This document shows, piece by piece, positions 13,110-24,500 of a stretch of DNA of 64,000 nt (positions are counted from its first letter, which is position 1; every line of letters starts with the position of its first letter). The DNA lies in NCBI GenBank assembly GCA_020137815.1, contig CM035355.1, positions 7,502,001 to 7,566,000 on the forward strand. The letters run 5' to 3'. The stretch comes from Hormiphora californensis. Lineage: Eukaryota > Animalia > Ctenophora. The position numbers and the translations under genes are program-made. The notes beneath the pieces were generated by a model. The model was not told the DNA's origin and made no database searches. It saw nothing but the letters and a program-made list of their open reading frames with translations.

Positions 13110-15323
13110 TTACTGTTCAGCCTCCTTTTTTCCAAAAACGATATCGGTTACAAGTCCCCTGAGGGCTGTTTTCCTCTCCTCTCCCATCTCCCCATCTCCC
13201 CTGAGGTCAGTCACCACTTCACCCTGGAGAGCATCCAACATATCTCTCTCCTCCTGAGGGAGATCCTCTGAGACGATCTTCAAAACCGCAGAGATACACC
13301 TACCAGGGACGTGGAGAAAAGCTGAGTGTTGCTTCAGGAAGATCAGACTGCTGCCAATACTTAGGAGCTCGCCCGCTTTCTCTTCGGTTTTCAGTGATTC
13401 CAATAATGATTGCTTCTTGGCAAACACCAAGTTTCGTTCCTTCTTTTTGTCAAGTTTTCGCACCATTAGCTGTGTAAACTGTGGATCAGTTATAGCGGTG
13501 TATGTCTCAAGGAATTCTGCCACATTTGAACCCGATGTCACTGATGCGATGATTGAAGTTGCATGAGGTTTTGCATCTTTAGGCAAGTAGGGGATGAGCG
13601 AATCCATCTTGCTGGTGTCAACTTTATACGGACATTCGTATTCCTCCGCCAGCACAGAAAATGTTGATTTGGTAAGATCCGTCCCCAGAGTTTTGAGGAT
13701 GTGCCGTTCAATCTGACCCCGGATGGCATCCTCAAAAACTTTGAGGCCCTTTTCACATTGGATAATTGTGTTGTAAAGATTGTTAATCGTATCCTCATCG
13801 ACTCTCTGTTGAGCTTTGCTCGATTTCTGAGTCTTCTTCCTCATCTCCTCCTCCAAAGCAAGTCGGTACTTTTCATCCAGCTGTTTTTTCAGCAAATCAC
13901 CAATCTCTCCGAGCGTTTCTTCCTCTTTCGGCTCGGCAGATTTGAAGAGCTCGAAGTTAGCAAGTTCGGCAGCTACTTGGGCTGGTGACAAAAAGGTAGG
14001 TCCGAGAACAGGAGTAAGAGATGCAGGCTCATCATCATCTATGTCACGTGATTTCCCGCCTTTCCCGCCCTTACCACGCTTCCCTCCCTTGCTCTTTTTA
14101 CTAGGCTTACTGCTCTCGGCCAACATTACAGACGCATCGTCAAACTTTTTCAGTGAGGCTAAGATCTTAGGATTCGCTGCGTCCGTTGCCGCCTTTGACG
14201 TAATACGCTCACTAAACTGGTCCAGCAAAGAGTTGAGAAGGTCCACTGAAATGAGTGCTTTGCTTGGGAGAACCCTGTATTTCTCCGCGGCCATGCTCTC
14301 CATAAACCGATCAACAAGTTTAGCCTCATCTGCTGGTTCACACCACTCAAACATCCAATCAGTCAGCTCTATATAACCTTCCGCAGCCAGAGTATCCTCA
14401 ACAAGGGACTGAGCGCCGGCAAGGGCGTTCTTACTGACACACCCAGATGGGAGGGTCACGGCATCGCTGTACCTAGATATGACCGTATGAGGATTGTCAA
14501 TCCCTTTGTTTGCCATCATTGTCATGGTCAGATACCCGTTCTGATAGTAAAAGCTATCTGCCCATTGGTGTTGTGCGGCAGTGTAGAGTCCAGGGATGAA
14601 CACAGGATTGCTACTTTGACCGTGGAGTTGTCCTTGAAGTCGTCCACTAGCGATCATCTCCTTGACACAATTGTGACCCAAGCTCGGTGTTATCTTATGG
14701 TTCTCAAAGATCTTCCCAAGCTGAACCGGCCTTGTAGCGGCACTACAGGCACCCCTGAGCTTGGCAGACTGACGTTCCACATATGCCGTAGTGAAGAGTG
14801 TGTCCGTCTTTTTGTCGTAAGTTCCGGAGATGATCTCACCAATCCGAGGAACCAACTCCTTGGAGAGATTGGTGACGGGGAGGGAAACATCCCTGCTCAG
14901 TTGGGCGAGAGGCAGCAGTCCAGTCTCCTGAAGCGTCTCGTTTATCTCTACAGCCAGGTTATCAAAGAACTGCTTACTGACCAGCTCCCCATAATGAAGG
15001 GACAGGGTTGAATCGTGTGCCAGCAACTCTGCAACTTTCTTCTCAACATGGCTGTAATCCAAGTTGAGGGTTTGGGAGAGGTCCGTCACGGCAACCCTTC
15101 CTCCACTCAGTGTCAACTCATCCAGGATGTCCCTCTCTACCTGAGCAGGGGTGATGTACTCCTTGCCATCACAGGAAAAGTGAACATCCAGCCAACCCAA
15201 GCTGATAAGACGTTGGATAACGGCTACGCAGTTCCTTTCTGATAATCGGTTCTTAGCAACTTCCGTTTGGACCGTGAATAGCTGCTCCTGGAGCGCTCGA
15301 ACATCGGCCCATGACGCTGACAT
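13110..15323 (-). CDS. UFL1: E3 UFM1-protein ligase 1, intronless CDS
   Basis: SWADVRALQ..NRLSERNCV.VIQRL...DGKEYITP..GGRV..L...LNLD matches the UFL1 N-terminus; KKSKGGKRGKGG linker; LHVPGRCIS near the C-terminus. First ATG at 15323. Confidence 0.93.
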   Translation of the reverse strand: MSASWADVRALQEQLFTVQTEVAKNRLSERNCVAVIQRLISLGWLDVHFSCDGKEYITPAQVERDILDELTLSGGRVAVTDLSQTLNLDYSHVEKKVAELLAHDSTLSLHYGELVSKQFFDNLAVEINETLQETGLLPLAQLSRDVSLPVTNLSKELVPRIGEIISGTYDKKTDTLFTTAYVERQSAKLRGACSAATRPVQLGKIFENHKITPSLGHNCVKEMIASGRLQGQLHGQSSNPVFIPGLYTAAQHQWADSFYYQNGYLTMTMMANKGIDNPHTVISRYSDAVTLPSGCVSKNALAGAQSLVEDTLAAEGYIELTDWMFEWCEPADEAKLVDRFMESMAAEKYRVLPSKALISVDLLNSLLDQFSERITSKAATDAANPKILASLKKFDDASVMLAESSKPSKKSKGGKRGKGGKGGKSRDIDDDEPASLTPVLGPTFLSPAQVAAELANFELFKSAEPKEEETLGEIGDLLKKQLDEKYRLALEEEMRKKTQKSSKAQQRVDEDTINNLYNTIIQCEKGLKVFEDAIRGQIERHILKTLGTDLTKSTFSVLAEEYECPYKVDTSKMDSLIPYLPKDAKPHATSIIASVTSGSNVAEFLETYTAITDPQFTQLMVRKLDKKKERNLVFAKKQSLLESLKTEEKAGELLSIGSSLIFLKQHSAFLHVPGRCISAVLKIVSEDLPQEERDMLDALQGEVVTDLRGDGEMGEERKTALRGLVTDIVFGKKEAEQ

Positions 15324-15944
15324 GATCTGCACTGTAAATAATCAGGGCTGTTAGGATCTAGGGTAAAATATAGCCATGTGACAGACCTTGATATACCTGC
15401 CTTCTGTATATCAGGCCTCGATATTACAGTCCTTGCAATCTCTCAACTGTTTGATTAATTGCGCGATATAGCTACTACTGCAGCACAATATATGCACACT
15501 CGTCACTTAACAATGTTGAATTGTAAATTGCCGCTATGTGAATGTTGATTGTTGAGTCAACATTCCTCTATCGGCAATTTACAACTCAAACCAACAAGTT
15601 GTAACTTGTACCCTTGTCATATTATATAGGTACTACTGCTTGCACCATTGTTTTACCTATACACACGTCACACGTCATATAGGTAAGAATAATACAACAT
15701 TATTCAAGACTTACATAACACGTGATATGAATCTACACATATGGACCATGTGTGTGCCATGTGTGTGTGTGCATTCAATAAACGTGCCACATGTTTACAT
15801 GAGGGTGTATCTTGTTACTGAGAGAGAGCTGTAGTGAGTGTGTGTTAACGTGCTGTGTTGACATAACTAGCTCTCTTTCTTTCATTGATTGCTGTTGTTT
15901 GTGTGTGTTGTCTCTACTATATAAAACGCTATATAATAGTAACC

Positions 15945-17834
15945 ATGGCTACAAAGCAGCCTCCAATTGGGATTGATCTGGGTACAACCTACAGCTGTGT
16001 GGGGGTCTACCAGAATGGGAAAGTGGAAATTATTGCTAACGACATGGGCCACCGGACCACGCCCAGTTATGTAGCCTTTACGGACATTGACAGGCTGGTC
16101 GGGGATGCAGCGAAACAGCAGGGTGCCTACAACCCCCAGAACACAGTATTCGATGCTAAGAGGTTGATTGGAAGGGGTTACACCGACGAATGTATCCAGG
16201 AAGATCTGATGCATTGGCCTTTCAACGTCATCAACGAGAACGATAAACCGAAGATAGAGGTTGCGTACAAGGGTAAACGAAGGCTGTTTTATCCGGAGGA
16301 GATCTCAGCCATGGTCCTGGGTAAGATGAAGGAAACTGCCGAGGCGTACCTGGGTGGAACTTGTGAAGATGCCGTTGTGACAGTTCCAGCTTACTTCAAT
16401 GACTCACAGAGACAGGCAACCAAGGATGCTGGGGTTATTGCGGGGCTCAATGTCCTGAGAATCATTAACGAGCCCACGGCAGCAGCCATTGCGTACGGGT
16501 TAGATCGCCGGGCTGAGGGAGAAGTTGTGGAGAAGAACGTGCTGATATTTGATCTTGGTGGTGGTACATTTGATGTCTCAATCCTGTCCATCGATGACGG
16601 TGTGTTTGAGGTGCGATCTACATCTGGAAATACTCACCTTGGAGGAGAGGACTTTGATAACCGCCTGGTGGATCACCTTATCCAGGAGTTCAAGAGGCGG
16701 GAAGGAGAGGATATTGGGGGTAACAAACGGGCCATGAGGAGGCTTAGGACTGCCGCAGAGAAAGCGAAACGGTCTCTCTCATCCAGTACGCAGGCCTCAA
16801 TTGAGATTGATTCTCTTCAAAATGGTATCGATTTCTACACTAGTATCACTCGTGCAAAGTTTGAGGATTTGTGTATGGATCTGTTCAAGAGTACCATGGA
16901 ACCGGTAACTCAATCTCTCACTGATGCAGGTTTCGAGAAATCTAACATCCATGAGATTGTCCTAGTGGGTGGGTCAACTCGAATTCCCAAAATCCAGCAG
17001 CTCCTCTCCGAAATGTTCGATGGACGGACCCTGAACAAGAGTATTAATCCTGATGAGGCCGTGGCATACGGAGCAGCAGTCCAGGGTGCCATATTGACTG
17101 GAAATAAGGCCCAAGAGATCCAAGAGATGCTGCTGATCGATGTTATTCCCCTGTCCCTGGGAATCGAAACCGCGGGAGGTGTCATGACAACCCTGATTAA
17201 ACGGAACTCTGCAATTCCCATCAACATGTCCCGGATATTTACCACTTTCCAGGATCGCCAGCCCGGTGTGAGTATCCAGGTTTACGAGGGAGAACGGGCC
17301 ATGACACGGGACAACCACCTGTTGGGAAAATTTGAGTTGCACGGAATCATGCCTGCTCCTCGGGGTGTCCCCCAGATTGAGGTCACTTTTGATGTCAATG
17401 CCAATGGGATTATGGAGGTGTCTGCAGTGGATAAGAGCACCTCCCGGAGGTCGGCAATCCAGATTCGAAACGAAAAGGGCCGTCTAAGTAAGGAGCAGAT
17501 CGACAAAATGTGCCAGGATGCGGTTATTTTTGCGGAGGAGGATAGGGCTGCAAAGGGACGGGTTGAGGCAAGGACTGAGCTAGAAAACTACATCCAGGGA
17601 ATCAAAATCAACATTGACAACCCTCCCCAAGGTCTGAACATTAACGAACAGGATATGGCCACACTGCGACAGTGCTGTGAGGAGAACAGGAGATGGTTGG
17701 AGGTCAATTCAGACGGAACGGAGGCTCAATTTAGGGGAAAACTGGCTGAAATGGAGCGAAAATGTGGGCCTATTTTGATGAGGGTATATCAAAACATGAC
17801 TTCGGCTAATCAGTTTAGGAATAATGCAGTTTGA
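15945..17834 (+). CDS. HSP70: Cytosolic-type Hsp70, intronless, without C-terminal EEVD
   Basis: [38 protein letters not shown]; first ATG at 15945; ends ..QFRNNAV*. Confidence 0.95.
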   Translation: MATKQPPIGIDLGTTYSCVGVYQNGKVEIIANDMGHRTTPSYVAFTDIDRLVGDAAKQQGAYNPQNTVFDAKRLIGRGYTDECIQEDLMHWPFNVINENDKPKIEVAYKGKRRLFYPEEISAMVLGKMKETAEAYLGGTCEDAVVTVPAYFNDSQRQATKDAGVIAGLNVLRIINEPTAAAIAYGLDRRAEGEVVEKNVLIFDLGGGTFDVSILSIDDGVFEVRSTSGNTHLGGEDFDNRLVDHLIQEFKRREGEDIGGNKRAMRRLRTAAEKAKRSLSSSTQASIEIDSLQNGIDFYTSITRAKFEDLCMDLFKSTMEPVTQSLTDAGFEKSNIHEIVLVGGSTRIPKIQQLLSEMFDGRTLNKSINPDEAVAYGAAVQGAILTGNKAQEIQEMLLIDVIPLSLGIETAGGVMTTLIKRNSAIPINMSRIFTTFQDRQPGVSIQVYEGERAMTRDNHLLGKFELHGIMPAPRGVPQIEVTFDVNANGIMEVSAVDKSTSRRSAIQIRNEKGRLSKEQIDKMCQDAVIFAEEDRAAKGRVEARTELENYIQGIKINIDNPPQGLNINEQDMATLRQCCEENRRWLEVNSDGTEAQFRGKLAEMERKCGPILMRVYQNMTSANQFRNNAV

Positions 17835-18819
17835 AGAAAGAACTTTATAGACTGAATAATGGAGAGTTCGTGTTTTTGTAAAATTTGTTGGCATTTCAGA
17901 TAATTTGTTTTTATTCTTTGACACAGGAAATAACACAAGCTCCCTTTCTTTTTGAGCCACGAGAACTCATGTGCAATGAGTAGTAAGTAAAGGTAATTGT
18001 CCCAACGGGACCGGGACAGCTGCCCTACAGCTACCTGGGGGAGACACGCTGCATTCAATCTTCAGTCGGAAATCGATTAAATCTGGGCTGAGTGACTAGA
18101 ATGTCAATGATTTTGGGATAGTCACCCCTTCACTAACATTCACGCGAAGCACGGCAAACGAACAGTGGTGTAATCCGATTACAGTAATCGGTTAGATTGA
18201 GTTGAGCGAACAACATCGGCAATAAATACCGGACAGACTTTGATCTGCCCGGTATTTGTTGCTGATGAGGTGACATACATGAGATACCAAGATGACAACT
18301 TTCGGCATCAAAGGACAGCACCCGTTGTGTGATCTTTTTGTGCGGTCACCTATCCTCTCCGATGTGGCCACTGGCCTCTGAACTATTTATTTGGTTATTA
18401 GGCCTCTTGTTACCAGTTACGGGGCTGCTCGTATGAGGGGACTGTAGCAATGCCAAGAGATAATACAGCGCTTTTTAATCACATGTCTAATCTACAGGGA
18501 GTAGGGACGGAGCTGGGCATCCGGCGACCGGCGGCCCAGTGTGTCTATGTGTGTCCGGGGCCAGGGGTGGTCCATTAACAGGTCAGGGGGCGTGAAACCC
18601 CCCTTAACCAGGGCCATGGGCTGCAAGTCCCGGTGGCTGGTAGGTCGGTAGGGCTTTTAAAACGTTAAACGGCTAATTTTGGAAAGGTTTAGAAAATTTC
18701 AGATTTTCAGAACCGCGACCGTGATTTTTTTCAGGGTGATAGCGCGGCCGCGGCGTATTTTGAGCGTCAATTTTAACGTAGCGCGCGGCAAACAAGAAAT
18801 CCGCGACGCGACGGCCCTT

Positions 18820-20480
18820 CAACTCTATACGGTCTGTTGAGGATAAGGACTCTAAATTGACTCAAATCTTTTACGCAGACGACGGCCTTGGCGGGGGCAC
18901 TCTCAGTACTGTAAAAACCTGGTGGGAGAAAGTTAAACAAGATGGACCCGGTTATGGCTATCTCCCAAATCCAGGGAAATCCTGGCTGATTGTGAAACCA
19001 GAATTTGAAGAAGCTGCTCGATCCATGTTCCCTGACGTAAACATCACTTCTCAGGGCCAGCGCTACCTGGGTTCATACATTGGTACGGAGGAAGGCCAGG
19101 CCGAGTTTGTGAGGAATGAAGTTGCGAAATGGGAGAGCGAAATTGATCAGATTTGTGACATTGCCCTGAACGAACCTCAGCTTGCATACACTGCATACAA
19201 CGTCGGACTATCAAAACGTTGGAGTTATCTCATGAGAACCACTCCTGGGATTTCGGACCAACTAGGCACTATTGAGGAGAAAATTCATCAGAAGCTCCTC
19301 CCGGCGATAACCGGTCAGCCTGTTGTAAATGAAACCTTGAGATTGGTTGCATCCCTCCCTGTACAGTTTGGAGGTCTAGGAGTGGATAACCCCCAAACAA
19401 CATCAGACTCAGATTACAGCTTCTCGAAGTTTATCACTGACGAGCTCTCAGCTGCAGTCCTAGCTCAACAGGAAACATTTAAGATGAACCAAAAGGAACG
19501 AGCAGAGAAGAAAACCCTTATCCACCGAACCAAGAACGATATTCATCAGAAGAAAATCGATGAGATCAAAAGTTTGATGACATCAGCTGAAATCAGAAAT
19601 TTTGACCTACTCAACGAAAAGGGGGCCTCATCCTGGTTAACATGTCTCCCTCTCCAATCCTTGAACTTCACACTCAACAGGCAAGAGTGGCATGACGCCA
19701 TGTCTGCTCGGTATAACCTGCCTCTCGTTGGACAGGCCTTACCTCAGCATTGTGCATGTGGGGAAGAAAACACCATCGACCACCTCATATCCTGTAAACT
19801 CGGAGGCTTTGTATGTTTCCGACACAACAACGTGAGAGATCTCATTGGCCACGAACTGAATAAAGTATGTGTCGACACTAAGATCGAGCCCCATCTTCTA
19901 AATGTTCGAGGGGTGAATCTTCCGGCTGGCACTATAACAGCCGATGGCGCCAGACTTGACATCAGTAGTCGCGGCTTTTGGTCGGATATGGACAATATCT
20001 ATTTTGATGTTAGGATTTTCAATCCAAGGATATCGTCCAACTCAAACCAGACCATCGCCAAAACATATGAAAAACACGAGAGAGAGAAGAAAACATCCTA
20101 CCTCCACCGTGTCCTAGAGGTGGAAAAGTCAACATTCACACCACTGGTAATGTCAACTACAGGGGGCCTCGGAAGGGAATTTAATAAGACTTTGAAACAG
20201 TTGGCTGAGAAGAAGGCGACTAAAACAGGATATTCATACGATCAGTGCATCCGGTACCTGAGGCTAAGGTTGTCGTTTGCCATGGTCCGCTCCGTCACCA
20301 TTTCCATCAGGGGGCACCGTGGACGGCTTAGGGCGGAAGGCAGCAGCGGCAGAGACGATAGTATTTACCAAATAGACTAAATCTTTATTTATATAATTTA
20401 TTGACCCCGTTTGTTTAATTTATTATTGACATTGTTATGTGTATGACGGACTGTGTGTACCACTATTTATATTCAAGGCC
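18820..20480 (+). mobile_element. 5'-truncated CRE-clade non-LTR retrotransposon (RT C-half plus RLE endonuclease; ORF ends at 20380)
   Basis: YADD, NPGKSWLIVKP, YLGSYIG, EKGASSWL, CACG..H..SC..RH zinc motif, RLDI..GFW..FDVRIFNP..EKK restriction-like nuclease. Ends approximate. Confidence 0.85.
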
Positions 20481-20986
20481 AATATCGGCCGACCCCCCCC
20501 CCTTTTAAATGTGCATTTTTGTTTCGTCGCATTTTTCACTTGCACCCTCCCTTTTTACGTTTTTGTTGGTAATTTCGGATAGTTATTTCATAATTATTAA
20601 TTTCGGTTCCTGATGAGGAAGATATTAAAATTATCTATGCAATGCACCCGAAATGAAGTGTTTGTCTTGTCAGAAACCAGAGATATCGCAGAAATAAACT
20701 TTGCAAAAATCAGGGGTCCTGGTTTTTGCAAAGTCCAGGGGGTGAACCGTGAATAGTTGAAAAATAAAATTTACTCTACTGCTGAACAGTGGACACGTAC
20801 ACTTCTGAACTTATTGAATAGCACTCCCTTATCCCACATACCGGTGGGTGGCGGTAAGCGGTTGGGTGGCGGTAAGCGGTTGCTGTCAGCTGTGGTGCTC
20901 CTTCATTCACTGGGAGTATACCAATCCACCCTTATCAATTCACTTATTCGTGGTACCAATCTAACACTAAGCAATATCTTTAGGAA

Positions 20987-21322
20987 ATGAGTTTTATATC
21001 GAGAGTTGTCTGTAGCTCACTAAGAATTGCTACAGTCCCCTCCTCCGGGCTCCACACAACACCCACAGCTCATGGATGGCCTCGAAAAATGACTTATTAC
21101 AAACGCTTTGTGGAACGATACCCCAAAAGGTTTTCTGTTCAAAAACAAATGTTGTGGTACGGCGAGGGTTCGTGGCACAGGACAGTGTGGGGAAAACGAC
21201 TTGTTGCAGAAATGAAGGATAGGAACCTGATGGAGTCAGATCCTTGGGTGCAAAACCAGCTCAGGTTGAAGCATGGACATAAATCACAAAATAAAGTACT
21301 GAACAATCCCTTTAGTAGATAA
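20987..21322 (+). CDS. Small basic mitochondrial protein, probably a divergent mitoribosomal bL34m
   Basis: Presequence-like N-terminus; S-x2-K-x5-G-x6-T-x2-G-K spacing (SVQKQMLWYGEGSWHRTVWGKRLV) equals the bL34 core spacing; acceptor TTTAG 3 nt before the ATG. Confidence 0.55.
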   Translation: MSFISRVVCSSLRIATVPSSGLHTTPTAHGWPRKMTYYKRFVERYPKRFSVQKQMLWYGEGSWHRTVWGKRLVAEMKDRNLMESDPWVQNQLRLKHGHKSQNKVLNNPFSR

Positions 21323-21544
21323 AACTTTTGTGTGTGATCAACTCTGTAAATTATTGTTTCTTATCCCTGCGTTATTTAGTTTTATTAACAACTTGTCGGA
21401 GGTCAATTACCAAAACATGCAGTGCCATATTCCCCCTCTCCCTGACCCTGATTCCAGTAATGTTTTACAATCCATCTCTCTTGCTACAGGATATAAATGG
21501 CTACCATAATGTGAAGTTAATACAGAGGGCGTGACAATGCTCCA

Positions 21545-24500
21545 ATGAGAATATCCCTGGTGATTCATTTCAAAAAGTATCCTGATGACATGAGTTACGT
21601 TGAAAGTATGTGATATATCAAGAAATATATCTGGTGCTCTCTCTCTCCTCTCTCTCTCCCCAACCATTATAAATGCTAAACTTGTCTCCCAACACCAATG
21701 CTATATACTAATCTTCTCTCAAAAATAATCTCGGTAAAGGAGTTACTCACAATCCACTCTCTTCAGATACAATCGAGGGTACCAGTCAGGAGTTACATGA
21801 TTTCCAAATCACTGAATACACAGGGGCGGAGGTATTCGGGCAGGCGTTTACTTGTGGTAACCCTGACAACCAAACGATCCATGGAATGATGCAGCTCTTC
21901 AACGATAAATCAAAGTGTAAGCTACTGCCAACACACTACTGGTCTGTTTGTGTGTCTGTTTGTGTGTACGCATATAATATATGTTTCTGTTTGCGTTTGT
22001 CTGCGTCTATTAATCTGTTTGTCTGATTTTAATCCCATTCTTCGTATCCTATCAGCGTGTGAAACGTATCGTACCTCTCTTGTATGTTTACTGGCCGTAC
22101 CAACCTCCTTCAACCTTATGGACGTTGTTGAGTTTCTCTCCCCCTACGCACCGACCATCACAGGAATCAGGATCATCCGAGATAGAACTGCCGATACTTT
22201 CATGGTTAGTAACTTAGCACTTGTCTGAAACTTGGGAGGATCGGGGTGGGTCCCACCTACTCTCCCTAAATGTTCTACCAACACTGCACCACCTTCCCAT
22301 CGGGGGGACGGTGAGTTTGGTAGACGATTTAGGAGAGGTAGTAGGACAATAAAGTGCAACACAACTCGTAACATCAACTGCTCACTGCTCAGGTCCTCCT
22401 AAAGTTCATGACAGAGGAAAATGCTGAGGAATTCTTTGACTCACAACACGATAAACCCTATAACATGTTAGAGGAGGATACTGTGTGTCATTTAGCATTT
22501 GTTAAGGACCTACAGTTTGCTAACTTTGATGTTCACCCTGAGACCCTATCAGCGGGATCTCTGATCGAGTTACCCCCTTGTGCAGTCTGCTTAGAACGAA
22601 TGGGTAGGTCACTTGGCTACGAAGCACCATCCCATTCAGATAAAAACACGCCCCATCCCTGCTCTGAGTGCTCATACTAACCCTAATACCTTCTCCATAT
22701 GATAAAATCCCTATACATCCTTGGTACTGAAATTACCCCTCTGTTATTATTGCTCTGTATACAATAAAAGGGGTGAATTCGTAACCAAGTACATCCTAAC
22801 CATAATTCCCTAGATGACAGTACAACTGGAATACTGACAGTTCTCTGTAATCACACCTTCCATTGCGAGTGTATGGGGAAGTGCCTAACTTGTCCTGTCT
22901 GCAGATTCCATGCTGTCCCCCCTGAGGCAACTAACCACGTCTGTATGGTGAGTTACACTGCGTGGTTACACTATGTGGTTACACTATGTGGTTACGAAGT
23001 CACCCCTAATACGCTGTGTACCTCCGTGAGCTTTCACGGAGGGGTAATTTCATTACCAAGCGTGGTTACATGTGGTTTAGATAGATATAGAAGGAGTCAG
23101 AGTAGGAAAATATGTTTCTCCATTGATCCAGTTTCCCTTCTATCACCCCCATTATCACTCCCCAACAGGTATGCGGTAACTCTGAGTCGGAGCGGCTATG
23201 GCTATGCCTCATCTGTGGATACGTGGGTTGTGGACGTTATGAGGGGGGTCACGCCCGGGGCCATTTCGAGAGGACAAACCATACCTACTGTATGGATATT
23301 GTGCAGCGGTGTGTATGGGACTACATTGGCGATAACTATGTTCACCGGTTGATTCAGAATAAGACGGATGGGAAACTTGTTGCTGTCTCAGACTCAGGTT
23401 TTACTTCATTTAGGAATATTCCAAGATATATAATAATTTTATTTTCCTATACATCTTCTTCTACTTTCTTTTTTTCGCTCGATCTATTCATCTTTGACAC
23501 TTATCTTCATCTTCAAACTTCCCTCTTCTTCCCAGAGGGTGCCTATGATGAAAAGTTTGAATCTCTGACTCTGGAGTACACGTATCTCCTAACCAAACAG
23601 CTCGAATCTCAGAGGCAGTTCTTTGAAGAGAAACTATCATTTGTTGAAGTTGAGGCCAGTGAGAGGGTCCACGCTTTGGAGGAAGAGGTGGGTGTGTTCA
23701 CTTAATTGTTCCATTGTGCAGCCGCTATGATATCTCATTTAGCCACTTTGTCTAATCTAAAAGAGCCAAAAGAAATGTTATACAGTCGGACCCCGATTTA
23801 GTGGCCCCCGATTTAGTAGCACCCCGATTTAGTGGCAGGATTTTTTCCCCCAAAAATTTTTTTGAATTTTTTTGTGAAATTTTTTTGAAAATGTTTCAAA
23901 GAACCACCAGCCACGTCCGAATCGTGTTTCGAATCAGTAAATCTTATCGCATGTCCTCCTGCTAATTAGACGGTTCGGAACGAACCGATACATGATCCCC
24001 ATGGGGCCATTGAATCAAAAGTTCACCAAGCGTCAAAATTTCGATTCGATGGGGATCACGTTTCGACATGCGGTAAGATGCACCGATTCGAAACAGGATT
24101 CGGACGTGGCTGGTATACATTTAAAAATTTTTAAAACTTTTACAGTAAGATTGTCAATGCTTTGATCGGTGCTCCGGGGGTGCTCCCCATAAATTTTGAG
24201 AGAAAAAGTTATTTTGAAATTTTGATACTTCCTCACCCGCTTAGGGTGCCCCAATTCGGCATGGTATCACGTATCGGTTCGTTTCGAACCCGCTAATTAG
24301 ACAGGACATCCAGTAAGCTGTACCGATTCGAAACACAAATCGGACGGGCCGGTATAACTTAGAAAATTTTTCACAATTTTTTTGAAAAAATTATTTTATA
24401 GTTTTCTATTTCTAATCAGAAATAATCATGTCATCAATACATAAATATTGCATATAACAGTTAGAGGTGTCTTTAGTTTTAGTATAGCATTTTGGGCATA

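Noticed and set aside
15885-15944. N-terminal extension (signal peptide) on Hsp70
   Set aside because: Depends on a non-ATG start; the first ATG at 15945 fits a cytosolic Hsp70. The same applies to non-ATG starts listed for UFL1, the GPCR and LINE ORF1.
13538-17506. Many antisense or alternate-frame ORFs over UFL1 and Hsp70
   Set aside because: Shadow ORFs of real coding sequence with no recognisable motifs.
18495-18818. Ribozyme or structured ncRNA in GC-rich DNA upstream of the CRE element
   Set aside because: I could not build an HDV-like or hammerhead fold by eye, and the CRE copy is 5'-truncated; more likely a DNA-transposon relic.
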